NCBI GenBank assembly: GCA_023515725.1
Contig: JALDTO010000266.1
Span: 2,124,216-2,188,215, forward strand
Direction of reading: 5' to 3'
From: Amoeboaphelidium protococcarum X5
Taxonomy: Eukaryota > Fungi > Aphelidiomycota
Length of the DNA stretch: 64,000 bases
The position numbers and the translations under genes are program-made. The notes under the pieces are model-generated. The model was not told the origin of the DNA, did no database searches, and was given only the letters and a program-made list of their open reading frames with translations. Below, one piece after another: positions 27,263 through 42,595 of this stretch. Within the stretch, counting starts at the first letter, position 1, and the number at the start of each line of letters is the position of its first letter.

Positions 27263-27300
27263 TGATTGGCTGTTGGGTAAGTCAACGGCGGCTTGACCAA
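27263..27300 (-). promoter_or_regulatory. Conserved upstream element of family copy A (TTGGTCAAGCC..CCCAACAGCCAATC, contains CCAAT)
   Basis: The same bipartite motif lies upstream of copy B at 36953-36987. Confidence 0.55.
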
Positions 27301-27672
27301 CTAAAATCATTATCGACCATTTTGTGTAAAGATAATTCGTGTTGTACTACTTCATCAAAACAAATCAGAGTTACACTACATTATCAAAGGAACACATGCG
27401 GATTCCTTGTATTCTGCTGTAATATAGTAGTGAAAAACTAACCCAAGCTTTAAATAAAAATCCTTACATAATTTAGCTTCAATCACAGAAAATGTGCAAA
27501 GTCTTCAAGGCTCTCTATAGTTGAAGAGTCTTACAACTCAATAAATATATATAAAAAATTCGTTAAACAGAAACGTACTCATTACTCATGCGCTCTTGGC
27601 CTATCAATACGGCCATTCTTTACCACAAAGGACATAGTTTCTCTATCTGCCCGGGCGCGGCCAAACAGTACA

Positions 27673-28020
27673 TAAAAATGCCAGAATCGGGAGCACAAGG
27701 CATCAGCGGTGCAATAACGGGACACAGAGCAGAATCAGGGCCAGAAGGGCCAGCAATGTAGGTATCTTCTTCAGTAGGCGTTAAGCAATCAGCAAAATTA
27801 GAAGCAGAACCAGCGTTGCCTTGTGTAGCCACTGTCGCCCCAGCGGGATGGCTTTTCACTTCATCTACACTCTAAGAGACGGCCCGAGCAAGCTATGAAT
27901 GTATGGTCTCCGCACTTGTCGGGGAGGCTGAGAAGCATATGCAAAGCTACTAGGACCGCACTAATTACAAAAGTTATTTCCCGCGCACCATCCTCAATGA
28001 ATATGATTCCAGACATTTTT
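27673..28020 (-). ncRNA. Candidate structured RNA (a short orphan CDS is not excluded)
   Basis: Nested long-range helices 28005-28020/27674-27688 and 27979-27990/27707-27722, whose mismatches become G-U pairs only on the minus strand; CGCG-rich promoter-like region at about 28050-28155. Confidence 0.35.
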
Positions 28021-28255
28021 CTTCATATTTACTTGTGTACTCTAAGAGATAGAAGTAGAAGAGAGTGGAGTAAACTGAGTCGAATGTCGTTTGGAGTGTT
28101 GAAATGAGGCGCGTTAAATTTCCCTCGAACGGACGCGTCTGAGACCGAGGCGCGCTTCATCAAACATTACCCATGTCGGAAGCGGTAATTACACGCAGCA
28201 GTCACACAGCAAGTATAATATTATGTTAAATGCTCTTTAATAATCTTTCAAATGC

Positions 28256-31000
28256 TCACTTGATAAATCCGTTGGCAATTCTTACAATCACCTTGAGATT
28301 TCTCAAACTCGGATGAACGGGAGACATCTTGGACATGACTTGACACGCACCATCAAGCATTTAGCATACAGATGGCATAATTGCACTAACGTATTCTTTA
28401 ATCAGCGCATCATCTGGATTCAGTGATACTAAAGCTTCTTGGACCCATAGCAATAGCATCTCTACTCCCTGCACATCCTTCAAATTCTACGACACGTAAA
28501 TAGACGCGTACTGCACAAATGATAAAAGGACTGGCTATGAAATCAACGGCTATTCATCCTCAAAGACTTGATCAATATCCAACTTAGTGACCAATTTCAG
28601 CAAAGTATCAAAATTCTTCGACTCCAGAGCTCTTACGAAAGCCGTCTCATAATCTCGTTGCTCAATATCCTGCTTGATCAAATCATCAATGCTCTTGGAC
28701 ATTAGGAGACCACTCATCTAACGTCCATTCTAGCCCATTTGTTGCTACTATTGCTGCTACATCTATTATTACTATTACTCCAACTGCTGCCTGCTCGCAG
28801 TCTTCAATTCATGTACAGCATTACCCAAGTCTAGTACCATCTTCTGCAAGGTGTCAATCTATTACTTTTAGAGCTATTACGTTTACTCCACTCTCTTCAG
28901 CAGTTCATACTCTGTCTTTTACATTTTCTCAGTCTGCTGCTTAACTTGCTTAGTCAGTTCAGCCATTCCATCTGCCACGGCGCGATCTAACTGCTTCATA
29001 ACACCTTACAGAACGGTTTAAAAAGATGGCAATAAAGTGTCTTTGAATTCCACCTTGAAAATATCTTTCAACTGATTCTGTACGATTTAGCTCAATTCCG
29101 CGCTGATAGCCTCTTAATCAATAGATAGTGCAGCTTTCACCGGAGATCCCTGGCTTAATTGTTTCTAGATATCCCTGCCAATCTGCTCTTTGAACGTCTC
29201 CATCTCCTTTTTGATTAGCTATACTACAGACTGATCAGCATTTATAGATGATGCTACAGGTCCGTTACTAGCAGGAGTAGGAGTATTCTCTTTGAACAGG
29301 CCGAGCTACTTCATGATGGAATTCCCAGGAGCCATGGAAGTCGGTGAGGATCTGTTCATATTTTATTAGTTGATAGCGTACTACTTTTCAATATCAGCAA
29401 CCGATAAGATACCAGGAGCCTTAGAAGCAGATGATTAGCGTGAGCCGGTATTGTCTTACGCAGCGGATTGTACTTTAAATTACTTCTACTAAATATTGGC
29501 CGCTTTGGTGGACTAGCCATACTAAAACTGTGGACTAGATACTCCCTGCACTGCATACTGATGTTCTATCAAACGCACACTCTTACCGGATAAAATAGAT
29601 ACGACCAACCCGACACCTTCTGAACTATACGTGTACAAGTCAATAACATCAGACTCGCCGAAAGTTTAACAATCCAAAGACAATTGAGACTGATCTCTGT
29701 CCCACAGGAAGATCAGATACTTATTATGCGCACTAAACGACACTGCCAACGTGGCGCATTTCTGATCAAAAGACAGCTTTATAAACTCATTACCACCCAT
29801 ACCATCAAACTTAAATCTCTGCACCCATTTAAAGTCAACTTTATTAGCATTTGCACTATTAGACTCCAAATTAAAGACTGACATAGTACTATCCTTATTG
29901 GAAGAAGTCACAAACGAGGATGGAGACAGCCAAGCAAAAGAGTCCACATGAGCATTAAGATCAATCAATTTGAAGCTCTTCAAATCATCCACTTGGAACC
30001 GCAACAGGCGATGACTCTGATGCTGATTCAAAATAGCCATACTAAACTGACCACTAGCATCACACTCACTTACCACCATATGGTCAATGCTGATAAACTT
30101 CAACTTGAACACGTCGCTCACCTCATCCAAGCTAACAAGCTACTTTTTAGGATTATTGTACAGGGCCTTCAAAGAGTTGGTATCCACAATGTACAGCTAT
30201 TCACTGGTCAATATCAGCAGAAGGCGCTGGTAAGGAGACAACAGTCTTGCGCAGATAATATTCTCGTTACACCTCAACTTGACCAATAACTAACACATAT
30301 CCTTCACCTAATCCTCACCGTCTACCGGCTAAACTCTGTACAGCGACAACTATCCACGACTATCCGTCGCCACCAGCATTCTATCGTACAGACAAAAGTC
30401 CACCACTGTGCTCTAGTCTCCACCCACGCGCCAAAATAGTCCATCGCTGAGATGGATAACGCGTACACCACCCTTACTCTCATACGCGATAAAATCCTTG
30501 TTATGAGACACCAGCTGCTTATTGGAGAACTTTACTGAATGCTTCAGCATGGTAATGGTCTCTTGATTCTAGGGCTGGTATGATTTCACCGCAGCGTTGT
30601 CATCCAAATCTATAGCGACACTCTAAACACCAGCATTCACATCAGATGACTGCGGATTAAATTCCAATGGCAAATTATCCGTAGACTATTGCTAGGAAGA
30701 CTAAATCAGCTCTTGCAGTGTCCGACCTGTGAAAGACATGTCTCCAACTCTTTCGCTGGCATTGATTCTATCCGAGCTCGATAAACCATCGCCACTCATA
30801 GTAGTTGAGCCATCATAACGTGCACCAGTAGAACTAGCATTATCAACGTTCGAATCGCCATAGTCACCATCGTCATCGCCTTGGGACATTTGATCCTGAG
30901 GTGTCTGCGCAACCAAACTCTACCCAGAATCTTTACGGGATGAACTGCCCAACAGAATATCCAATAAACTCACACTAGACGGCTTCTTTTTCTCAGACAT
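28256..31000 (-). CDS. EDC4: Enhancer of mRNA decapping 4 (EDC4/Ge-1/Varicose)
   Basis: N-terminal WD40 region, coiled coil, C-terminus ISQPVLLSFVQ...WVQEALVSLNPDD. Confidence 0.8.
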
Positions 31001-31285
31001 GAAAATGGAAATTAAATATTGTCAGTACGACTTTATAATGAACCAACCTCAACGAGCGTCAATAAGGTAAAGACTTTCGGTAGGAGAAGAATTGGAGAAG
31101 AACGAACGACGCGCGCCGTTCACGACTGATAGGGACGATTTTAAATTACTCGCTCATTCCATCTGTTACAGTACAGTCGTCACGGTTGAGAGAGTGCAAA
31201 GGGGCGGATTCTTCAAATTTGATTGATTGATTACCTCTATCGTTTATGTCATTACCGTGAAAAATACAATTAAATTTTGTTGAGA

Positions 31286-32683
<1,398 letters not shown>

Positions 32684-33205
32684 AATTTGTGAATTCATAA
32701 TTCAATATAGTGACAGAATATTATTCTTACTTATTCTTTGTTATGATTCAGCATACTGAATAGTCAACTATAACGCGCTTGCCTGAATCCATTAATCACT
32801 GCACTTTACTCTTTCAAGGGACTTGATATTTAGCGAAACTGATACTCTCACTTAATTAGTATTATCTTTGCGGCAAGATGTCATGTAATTTGCTGAATAA
32901 CTCGGCAACTGTAAGCTATATAAACCGCCACATCATCTCTTTCTTTCAGCGTTTATTGTTTCAGCTTTGTCATTTCGATCGTTTCTCTTTCTTTCTTATA
33001 ACTCTTACCGTATAACGCGACTTTGAGTTCAATAGGATTTTATTTCTCATATAGGTTGCAAGATATTTGTGATTATATAATTCTCTTATCATATCCCTTT
33101 TGAAATTATAGTATCTGATAATATTGTTTCAATAAGAGTTGAAGGATTATGAAGACTCCGTACAAGTTGTATGTGAGTGGCTCCTCTCCACAATCTATTA
33201 ATGCA

Positions 33206-35032
33206 ATGTCAGAGTTCACAGCCGACTACAGTATGGAGGAGATGTATTGTGAGACAGACTTGGATTTTGAGTGTGATGCTCCTAAATGGTTTGACTTTCG
33301 TACTATGCCCAAGTAGCCTGAGAATGTGGACTAGTGGTTTGATAACAAGATGGATACTCCGCTGAGTTAGAGATTGAATGAGCCAGAGTGTCTGTACGTT
33401 CCCGGTGAAGACTCTGCTGTTCTTGGTGGATCTGCGTATGGTGATGGTGGTCATGATTTTGATAGCTTTTCTACTCCTAGCAAGATGCCATCTATCCCTG
33501 AGCCAGGCAATAATAATAATAATAATAATAATGAGAACGGTGTGCATTCTGCCTCTTAGTCAAGTGACTCTCGGCCGTCATTCGCCTCCGAGACCAAGTC
33601 GTTTGCATCTTCACGCAGCTTCAGTCTGGAAGAGTTGCGAGAGTCTCTTGAGCTGGATAATAATAATAATAATAACATTAATGATAATGAGTCTTAGAAT
33701 TCCTTTAGATTTGATGAGGATGAGACTCCTACCAAGAATAAGATACAGTTATTAAGGCTTCAGTAGCAGTCTCTTTTGAAGAATAAGCCATTCAGTCCAG
33801 TAAAGCCATCTCGATTGTTCAAGAGTGCAACTGCGGAAGATTTTCTGTCTTCTGAAGAGTCTTAGAAGGTGTTGGTAGAATCTAAGCAAGTGGAATCTTA
33901 GACTATTCAATTGTCTAAAAAGTATCCCTCAATGAAGACCAAGAGCTCTCTTCTAAATTCTTAAAAAGAGAATGATTCTGGTGGATTCAATGTGGAAAAA
34001 TAAAGAAACTCTCTTATGCATAAGAGTGGTAGATAGGATAATAACATTACTTCTGTCCAGCCAGTTGTCGCTAAGAAGAAAGTGGTCACATTTATGGCCA
34101 CAAAGTCGGTGAAGCCTCTCACTGTGCCTGTTGAATTCAATTTTTCAAAGAGAGATGTTCCTAGGTAGAAGTCTGCTGTCCCATAGCAATCATAAAGTTA
34201 ATTCAAGTAAAAAGATACTGTGGGTACTGCGCAATAGAAACCGCAGGTACAAAAGTCTGCACCCAAGTTGACAAAGCCTAAGCCGTTCAAATTCCATTCA
34301 GTAACTCGAGCTGCTCACAAAGTGACGTAAGAAAAGTAGTCTCCCTACGTCCCTCTGGCAGAGTGCGTTAAAAAGTTTGAAGCCACTCCCGCTAGATTCA
34401 AGTCACATGTGAATGGGAACATTAAAGGGAAGGTTCAAGATGTATCAAGAAAATCTATTGCGCCTAAAAGATAGTATACTCATTTGCGAATTACTCATCC
34501 CAAGTCACCAAAGTTTTTGACTGATAAGCGTCTCATGGAAAAGAAAGTTGTGTAGTAGTAGTTTTAATAAAAGAAAGAAGAGTAAGGCAATGTCTCTCAA
34601 CTGGTAAAGCCAAAAGTCAAAAAATTTAAATCAGCTGCACCTCTTAAGAAGGTAAATTCAAATGTTAACGGACTCGCCGGTGTGCCTCGAGTCAAGAAAT
34701 AGGCTCTTACTATTCCAAAGTCGCCTAATATTACCAAGCCGTCCAAGTTGAGACAAGTAGTTCAATAACCATAGCAGTTATAAACGAAAGATACATCAGC
34801 GGGATAGAGTGAGAAGACTGCTGCGTCTTTGAAAGTTCAAGTGCCTCATAAGACTGCTTCTTCTGTGTCTCGTACCTTCGCCGCTAAAGAAATTAAGCCT
34901 GCTCCGAAGATTAATGTTTAGCCGTTGAAAAAGGATAACAATAATGGTGCGAATATGCAGAAGAAGCCTCCGAGAATGTCCTTCTTTGAGAGACTGGCCC
35001 AGCCGAAGCATCGCGTTGAAGTAAAGCACTGA
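33206..35032 (+). CDS. TPX2: TPX2-like spindle assembly factor
   Basis: N-terminal DFECDAPKWFDF (Aurora-A-binding-like); TPX2-type repeats LTVPVEFNF, LTKPKPFKF, ITHPKSPKF, LTIPKSP; SPYVPLAECVKKF. Confidence 0.72.
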
Positions 35033-35158
35033 CTGTCTGATATGTATTTCGACACAATACTAAAAGATTGATAACTGTAAATAACATAACATAATTGTAA
35101 AATCACGTAATCTTATGGATACGGCAAATCTATTGGCGACTCTGCTTACACTTTAACT

Positions 35159-36609
35159 TCATCTTTTATTATTTTGATACTGCCCAGCATAATGTTGTTA
35201 TTGATAATAAGGATCCTGATATTATGATTGATACTATGGATCATAACTACCGCCAAAATTTCCATCATACTACGCGTAGTACGGCTAATTAGGAGGTGGG
35301 TAGTCGCCACCAAATTATCCATATGGATCATACTGATACTGATCGTAGCCACCATAAAACTACTATTAATATCCCTACGACTGCGCGGAAGGATCCAACT
35401 AATAATATTAGTCATACTGGTTATAATCATACTGCGGCTGAGCATCATAATAATTGTAAGTTTAACCATACGTATCTGGAGCAGCCTAGAAGGACGAAGT
35501 ATCAGATGCCGGCATAAAATCACTTGCAGCACCACTAAATTTGAACTCTGCAGCATTTGGATTGAACGAGAGCTATTTGCTCAGCTTTTCTGGTGAGCTT
35601 GGCTTTTCTTCAGCGTATTACTACTTTGCAGCCTCTGGTGCCTTTTCAGAGAGCTCTTACTGTGGCTTGACTTTACTTTCAGATGTGGCAATAGACTGCT
35701 CAGTTTTTTAAGCCTTGCCATCAGTCTTTCCACCAATCTGTGGTGATTACTACTTAGATCTCAAAGATGGTGGTACATATTTCCCCTCACCGCGACTTTT
35801 AATACTACTACTACTGCTAACGTGAGAGGGAGATGGTTTATCTCTAACTACGGCGCCATATAAATCCTCTTCATCTATATCACCGCTAAGTTTATGACCA
35901 CGCTCCTCTGCCAAATGAATATTACTAGTTTGTCCACGCTCAATTTCCCTGGCGATTCTTGCAGCTTCACGCTCCCGCTTCTTATACTCTGCAGAATTCT
36001 TATCTAATGTAGTGGTGTATAATTCTTCTTTGAAATCAGTCTTTACTCCAAATAGTTTCTCATTAGCTGCGAATTAATCCCACCTGCCTCTAGACTTTTC
36101 ATTGCTATTACTGCTATTAGGTGTTTGTGGAAGAGGCGACGAATTATCTGGCGCCCATGCGACTAATTCTCTCTGCTTGCCATCCTATTAATTTTATACT
36201 TCACCTCTATTATTACTGCTATTACCACCAGATATACCCGTGTCAGTTTTGAATCCTTGACGATCATTTAATATTCCGCCACTAGCAAAAGTGAGATCGA
36301 TATCCGTGGCATGCATCATCTAAAACTTCTGCAAACTAATCTTTATCTCCGACTTGACATCTTCCAAAGACACTCTTTATTATTATTATTTGTATGACTG
36401 ATGCACGCACTTTAAAGTAATTCCACTAGAATCCAAATGACTAAATACACCTTCATACTGCACTCCATCCACAGTTTTCACCATAACATGAGTTCCAACG
36501 AAATTCGTAAGCAACAACTGCAATCTTTGACTTCTACATTAAATTGAATGAAATAATAATCTTAAATATAGCAACAAGTACTTAAACTTTAACCTTACAA
36601 CGATCCCAT
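35159..36609 (-). CDS. PBP1: Ataxin-2/Pbp1 (LSm + LsmAD; intron 36534-36598)
   Basis: [60 protein letters not shown]. Confidence 0.92.
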
Positions 36610-36920
36610 AATTAATAGCTGAATTCACACGTAAAAAGGTTGACTATATTTGCCTAAACTTTAAGCTAAGCAAGCATGAAAGGAAAGGGAGAAAATAGAG
36701 GAGCGGAAGAAAACGAGAGGAAAATTCTCATTCAGTACTATAGTTTTCACTCAGACAGTCAGTCACAGTACAGTGGCTTCAATGGAGAATAGGAGAGGAA
36801 AGACTGACGCGTGAATTGAAACGCCTCCAATTGATCAACTCAAGGAGATATGTTTCATATTGTTGATTTTCAGCCTCCCATGCTCGCAAAGAATGAATCT
36901 CCACTGTGGATAATGTTGAA

Positions 36921-36987
36921 TGATTGGTCAAGCCGCTGAAAGGGTTGACATAATTGGTCAAGCCTTAGATTATCCCAACAGCCAATC
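36921..36987 (+). promoter_or_regulatory. Conserved upstream element of family copy B (TTGGTCAAGCC twice, CCCAACAGCCAATC)
   Basis: Shared with the upstream region of copy A. Confidence 0.55.
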
Positions 36988-37093
36988 GTTGAATACCATG
37001 TAATTAGCATTTTTCGGTCACATAAACTACTTTAGGTCACTTCAATCACACAATACATTGTCCTTTTTCAACTCAGATATCGTCTACTTAAAA

Positions 37094-38710
37094 ATGTAAT
37101 ACCTAGTGTTGAAATTGTGCTCACTTTTAACGACTGTTGTGATCTTCACGCGTTCGATACCAAGCGAAGATCTGCCGATCAAATGCCGGTTGAGAGACAA
37201 TACGCCTGCTGGTGGAGGACCTGATAGTTGTGCGTCCTGTACAAAGTAAGTCGTTGTAAGTGAATCGCCGTCTATACCCTGCTCTTCTAATGCTATTACT
37301 CTGGCATCTTCATCTACTGCATCCTCCACAGTCTAGGTGATTTCTTCTACGCCGAGCACAACTACTCTGGCTGTTGTGGAAAGCATTACTTGCACATCGT
37401 CGCAATTAATCAATACCTCTAGCTAAGATAAGACGTCTGCTATTCCAACTACTTAATCCAAGTTCACCTTATATACCTCCTCTCAAATCACTAGTTCATA
37501 GTCTAAGGTTGTTACAACCGAATACGGTTCAAAGTCTACACTGTCTACTATTTATACCTCTACTACCGATTAGATACCCTCGTTAACTAAAACTTCCTCT
37601 AGCTTATTAAGTACTTCTGCTCACGAAAGTATTTTTGCTTCAACCTCTACTACTATAGCAGTGTCCACTACCACTGCAGTATCTACCCCTAGTACAAAGA
37701 CTCGTCGTAAAATCCGTACATAACGTGTAAAGTCGTCTTAGTACTCTTCTGCTGCTTCATCTAGTACATTGTCCAAGACCAAGACTCGTCCAACTGCACC
37801 AACCACGGTGCGTACGACAACTTATTAGTCTATTCCTACCTTTAAGCCACTCGAGTCTTCCACAAAGGTCTCCAAGACCAAGACCAAGTCTACCACTTCC
37901 AAGAAAATGTCTACTTCTGTTCAGCCTCCTAAAACTACCACGAGACAGCCTGTGATTACACCTACTTCCTAGAGGCCGTAAAACCCAATAACTGTACCTA
38001 CACCTCCGCATCCTGCTAAACTGCCTGCGCCATTCTCATAGAAACCCTTAGTTCCCGCACCGCCTCCTCCACCTGCACCTGTAGCTGAAGAGCCACCTAT
38101 GGACAATGGCAGTAGCTGCTGCGCATCCCCTCTAGTGTTTGATGTCAACTACGATTGGCGTGTACAAGTCAAATTTGGCACCGGTATCTGGTTGGATCCT
38201 AGTAATGTGACTGAACTACATGCCGGAGCTGATGGTGGTGATGTAATGCTAGCAATGCCTGATATCAATGGAAATGGCTAAATTGATATCGAAGAAGTGT
38301 TTGGTAATAGAACATTGAGTCCTTTTACGAATGTGTCATATAAGGCAGCTAATGGTTTTGAAGCTCTACACAAGCTAGCTATTGAAGCTGATGCTTAACC
38401 CTTGTGTATTGAAACATCTGCTAATCCTAAAGACAAGTCTGTATTGGTGTCCCTACCCAAACTTAAAGCTTGTCTGTAAATGTACGGCCATGATCTGGGA
38501 TTCATTAGTGGAGATAATGTGAAGGTATTGCAACCTCTGAATCAAGTGGATACCGTTGATGTAGTTGACTACGTTGAGACTCCGGATGATTGTAAAAGTG
38601 GTATGAAGCATGCACAGAAGGGTCATTATTATGACAAATCAGGTCATGAATGGCGCGTCGATGATGTTTGGTTCATGACTGGAACTCCTTACAGTAAAGG
38701 TCTTATTTGA
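37094..38710 (+). CDS. Secreted Ser/Thr-rich stalk protein with C-terminal SPM-like domain (family copy B, 538 aa)
   Basis: Signal peptide MQYLVLKLCSLLTTVVIF, IKCRLRDN..GGPDSCASC, S/T stalk, same C-terminal domain as copy A. Confidence 0.85.
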
Positions 38711-38898
38711 GTGTTCTTTCTTTAGTGATATGTTAGTCACCAAAGGCCTTTATAAGCATGACTTTTTAATATATTATAGTATATCTGTATAAAGTTGTTA
38801 TTTGCAGGTTTAATCACGTTTACTTTGGATGTATCAACGCGGATATATCTTGTACTCAGTCAGCGTCGTTATGAATACTAAAATAGCATTGGGATTTC

Positions 38899-39450
38899 AT
38901 GTTGACCTCATTAAAAAGACAGAAAAAGATATTCCTATCGCTTGTTATAGTAATGATGAACTTTTAATCTAAAGGAAGACATTGCTGCTGCAGCCATCGC
39001 TGTTCACACTCGTGGAGTTTAGCAGAAAAGTCCGAGTTGAAACAACAGAAGAATACAGTCAGGTCCACGATCAAACCGATTTCATAATAATCATCTGGTC
39101 ATAGATTATCTGATTATAATCCAGGCATTTACCAGAACATTAGTATTAACAATTCATAATTTAAAGCAGATGCTATAAAGTAGTAACAGCCGTTTATGGA
39201 TGGTGATGCAATGACGTTGGAAGGCAAGAGTAACAGTCAATCTGAGGCGTCTCGAGAAGTGCCATTATCGTTTAATCAGGACTATGGATGGAGAAGATAT
39301 AGAGAGCATCGCGTTCACTGGGATGATATAATGGTTGACAGAAAGATTATCAACATGTATATATAATAAGATCATCAGGTTGGAAGTGCATTGAAGAGAG
39401 TGCGCCAGCATGTCGACTCGATGAAGTCAAAGTACAGTTCAAATATATGA
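38899..39450 (+). CDS. Hypothetical protein (183 aa)
   Basis: Open ATG..TGA frame with TAR=Gln; no recognised motif. Confidence 0.4.
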
Positions 39451-39476
39451 TAGACTAAGTTTGTTATACAGTGATC

Positions 39477-42289
39477 TCATTATCGCTTTCGAAATACAGA
39501 CATGGCCTACTTTACAAAGTGCACGGGAGATTTTATGCTCTACTAGTGTTATTCCGCGGCTGCCGGCACGAATTAATCCAATTCGCAATCAAGTACGAAA
39601 TTCTTCTACGACGACTCTGGTGTTCTTTCATGGTCAGGTATACGCAAAACTTAGTTGGCCATTTTGGCCACCACTTCTTCAGCAATATTCTAACTTTCCA
39701 CAATGTTATCAGCATCTGCAAGTATAAGTAAATGGTCCTTACCAACTGCAGTATTAACCGGTCGTTTAGGCCTAGGTGAAGAGACGTTAGTTCTATATAT
39801 ACTTTCGCCTGATTTCTAATAAACTACCACAACTCCATATATAGTTCTAGCTTTATTTAGAGACACGATACCTTTAAGTAACTGGGAAATGCATGCTAGA
39901 GGAACATTCAACGCTTCTGTAACTTTATCAAGTTCTGCATCGAAAATGGCCAAGTGTAGAGAATTCATAGTCAGAATCAAACCTCTATCGCCAACCACTG
40001 GAATATTAGCATGTAAACTCACTCCCTAAACAATCTGCTTGTACATCACCATATCATCAGGCGATAAGAGATAAGATTCAACAGTCGTCAATATATCATT
40101 TCGGAGATCCGTTGGTTATGCACTACCAGAAGACAAGGTGTCTTTGTCTGCCTGAATCTATTACTCCTTCTACAGTTTACCATCAAACTATTCGAGTGAA
40201 ATCACACCTTGTACGTAATCAATAACATTCTGCCTAAAGGAATCTCTGAAATTATTCTGATATAATCGATAGACACTATTAGAGCCGTCCTAAATAATAC
40301 CAGTCCACTACCTCTTGTTCGTTCGAGTGATGTCTCCTTTGAGAGCATTAGTGCTTGTATAAGCAGATGATATAGCATCACCATTGTCTGCCCACAGAAT
40401 TTAAAAACTCTTCTCAAAATCACCAAAATAAGCCAATCCCTACTCTGGGGAGGAGTGAATACCAAGCTTTAAGAGTTGCTAATTAAGAATCTAACGCCCA
40501 AGAAGAGATTGGACAAGATTAGTCCTGTCGAGACAATCTATGCAGTTGGTTCTAAATGTACCACATTAAGATGCCAAAACTTTATTTTCATCTTTCCACA
40601 AATACTAAAATCTATCAACGAATGGCTAGATAAGGGATACCAATTTACTTAGGTTCTCATATTTCATCTTCTTACACTCCTTATGGACATCAAATTCTAT
40701 TATGGATAAATGTTGATTAGCCAATCGAGTCATAATCTCAGCAAACTGCGAACCAACTATAGCCTCACGGCCATTCTATTCAACAAGACTAATACTCACA
40801 ATATCTCCATACAATCGACGTAGCTCATCATAATGACTGGTCAAAGCATCCAGATTCTCTTCCTGTGAGCCAAACAATTCTGGAATCGGTTTCCGTTATG
40901 TGGAATTCTATTTCCAAAATAAAGGGATAGAACCTCTGACTTGAACAAAACTAGCCAAGTGTGACTACTTAGTAACACCAGATGTTGCATTATCACCATC
41001 TTCTATGCTTTAATCGCAATCGTTTCCAAAGATTCGTATTCGCTGTTCAGTCTCTACGAAATTCGCCACATGTCCATCAGAGTCAATACCGCGCCTTTTA
41101 TATCTCATTCCAGATCTAAATCTACTCCGCCTACTTAAAAGTGCCAATTGGAATGGATGTCCTTCAATTTGACTATCGACGACACCCACAAATCCCTACA
41201 TGACAGGAATAAGGAATGGCTCCACCAATTTACTGCATTAAAGAGAACCATCATTTGCGTTGAGAAACGGAGAGCAGAGATGTCTATTCCACCAAAATCG
41301 GTCGTCCAATTAGCCAAAAAGTCTTTATGAATTCGATCTATTGTAGAGCTTGCGCTGCTCCGAGTTGGTAATGTCAAATTCGCCACTAGAGTAGAAAAAG
41401 CATCCAGACACAAGTAGAGATTTTAACGTGGCAATAACACTACGATCCTTTAATACGTGTAAAAGCTAGGCGTCTTTACTCACAGTATTATTGTTATTGG
41501 ATACCGATGTCTGAGCCAGTTAATCTTAAGATAGTCTATTTCTATTGTTAAATATTGAAGACACGGTTTATGAGTCAATCTGATTAAACTCTGCGTAGTT
41601 GGTGGGCTGCATTTACATATAAGATTTTATAGAGGATGCAAACTAACCACCAACTTTCAAGAAATAATGCAAGCCCTTTTTAATGTAATCAGATGAAGCT
41701 TGAGATTATTCAACGCTTTGTATTGCATCTTACATCTCAGTATATCCATAATCAACCTGGCCATCACCATCTTATAGTATATCACTCGATTATGTCTTAC
41801 TATTCTTCAACTTGTTCTACAAGTAAAAACAATAAAATATTTAACTCTCAATTACAGACAAATACAGCTTACTATAATAGCGACAGACTAACAAGCTCCA
41901 CGATGAGATAGAGGGATAAAGTGGACATCAGACACTTTTAGAACGGAGCAGTCATCAATCACGCCAACACTCTTGGATTAAGTCACAACAATCAAATATG
42001 AGCCTAAACTAAAAGAAATAAATAGATATAAATTTAAATGAGATGATAACAATATTACCAGTGAAGAGCTATATGATACCAAGGATCCCCTCAATGGAGC
42101 AATGACAATTATCGGAAGGCTAATCAATACTCTCTAATGGCTACTCTACATCACACGAAGATTATTAGCAGGAAACCAAATAAAATATAGAATACCGTGT
42201 ACATTGACTTTCAGAGTCTAGAAATATATAGATAGTGAAGAGAATTCCCCTACTACAGCAAGATGATCGTCCTTAACACTAAGCTTCAT
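39477..42289 (-). CDS. INPP5F: SAC-domain phosphoinositide phosphatase, SAC2/INPP5F-like (two 5' introns)
   Basis: SRRSRFRSGMRYKRRGID..HVANFVETEQ, RTNCIDCLDRTNLVQ, WADNGDAIS; hSac2-like C-terminal domain. Confidence 0.88.
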
Positions 42290-42595
42290 TCTGTTAAATC
42301 CAACCAATGAAGAAAAGAGAGTGAAACATTCGTTCGTTCGCGTTTGAAACGAAATGAGAAGAGAGAGTGATCACCAGCAATCTGCATCGACAGTGAACGC
42401 TTTTGCCGAAAAGGTGAGCGCGCGATTACAATTGGACTAGCCGAGGCTACGCGTCGGTACTGCATAAGGCTCACTCTGCAAATGTACGATAAAGAGAGAG
42501 AAGTACAAATAGCCGCAACAAAATATAAAATCATTCCACTTAAGTACGTAGTATAGTAAATATAAAATGTATAAAATACAATACGATTTATGTAT

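Noticed and set aside
27915-27945. Partial resemblance to the U2 snRNA 5' end and to the TPP riboswitch GCTGAGA
   Set aside because: Lacks the GTAGTA branch-pairing sequence and the rest of the TPP aptamer
27860-28016. Antizyme-like +1 frameshift at AGA-TGA joining a 51-aa ORF to the downstream frame
   Set aside because: No antizyme homology or known slippery context
33508-33532. (AAT)n microsatellite
   Set aside because: Poly-Asn codons within the TPX2-like CDS
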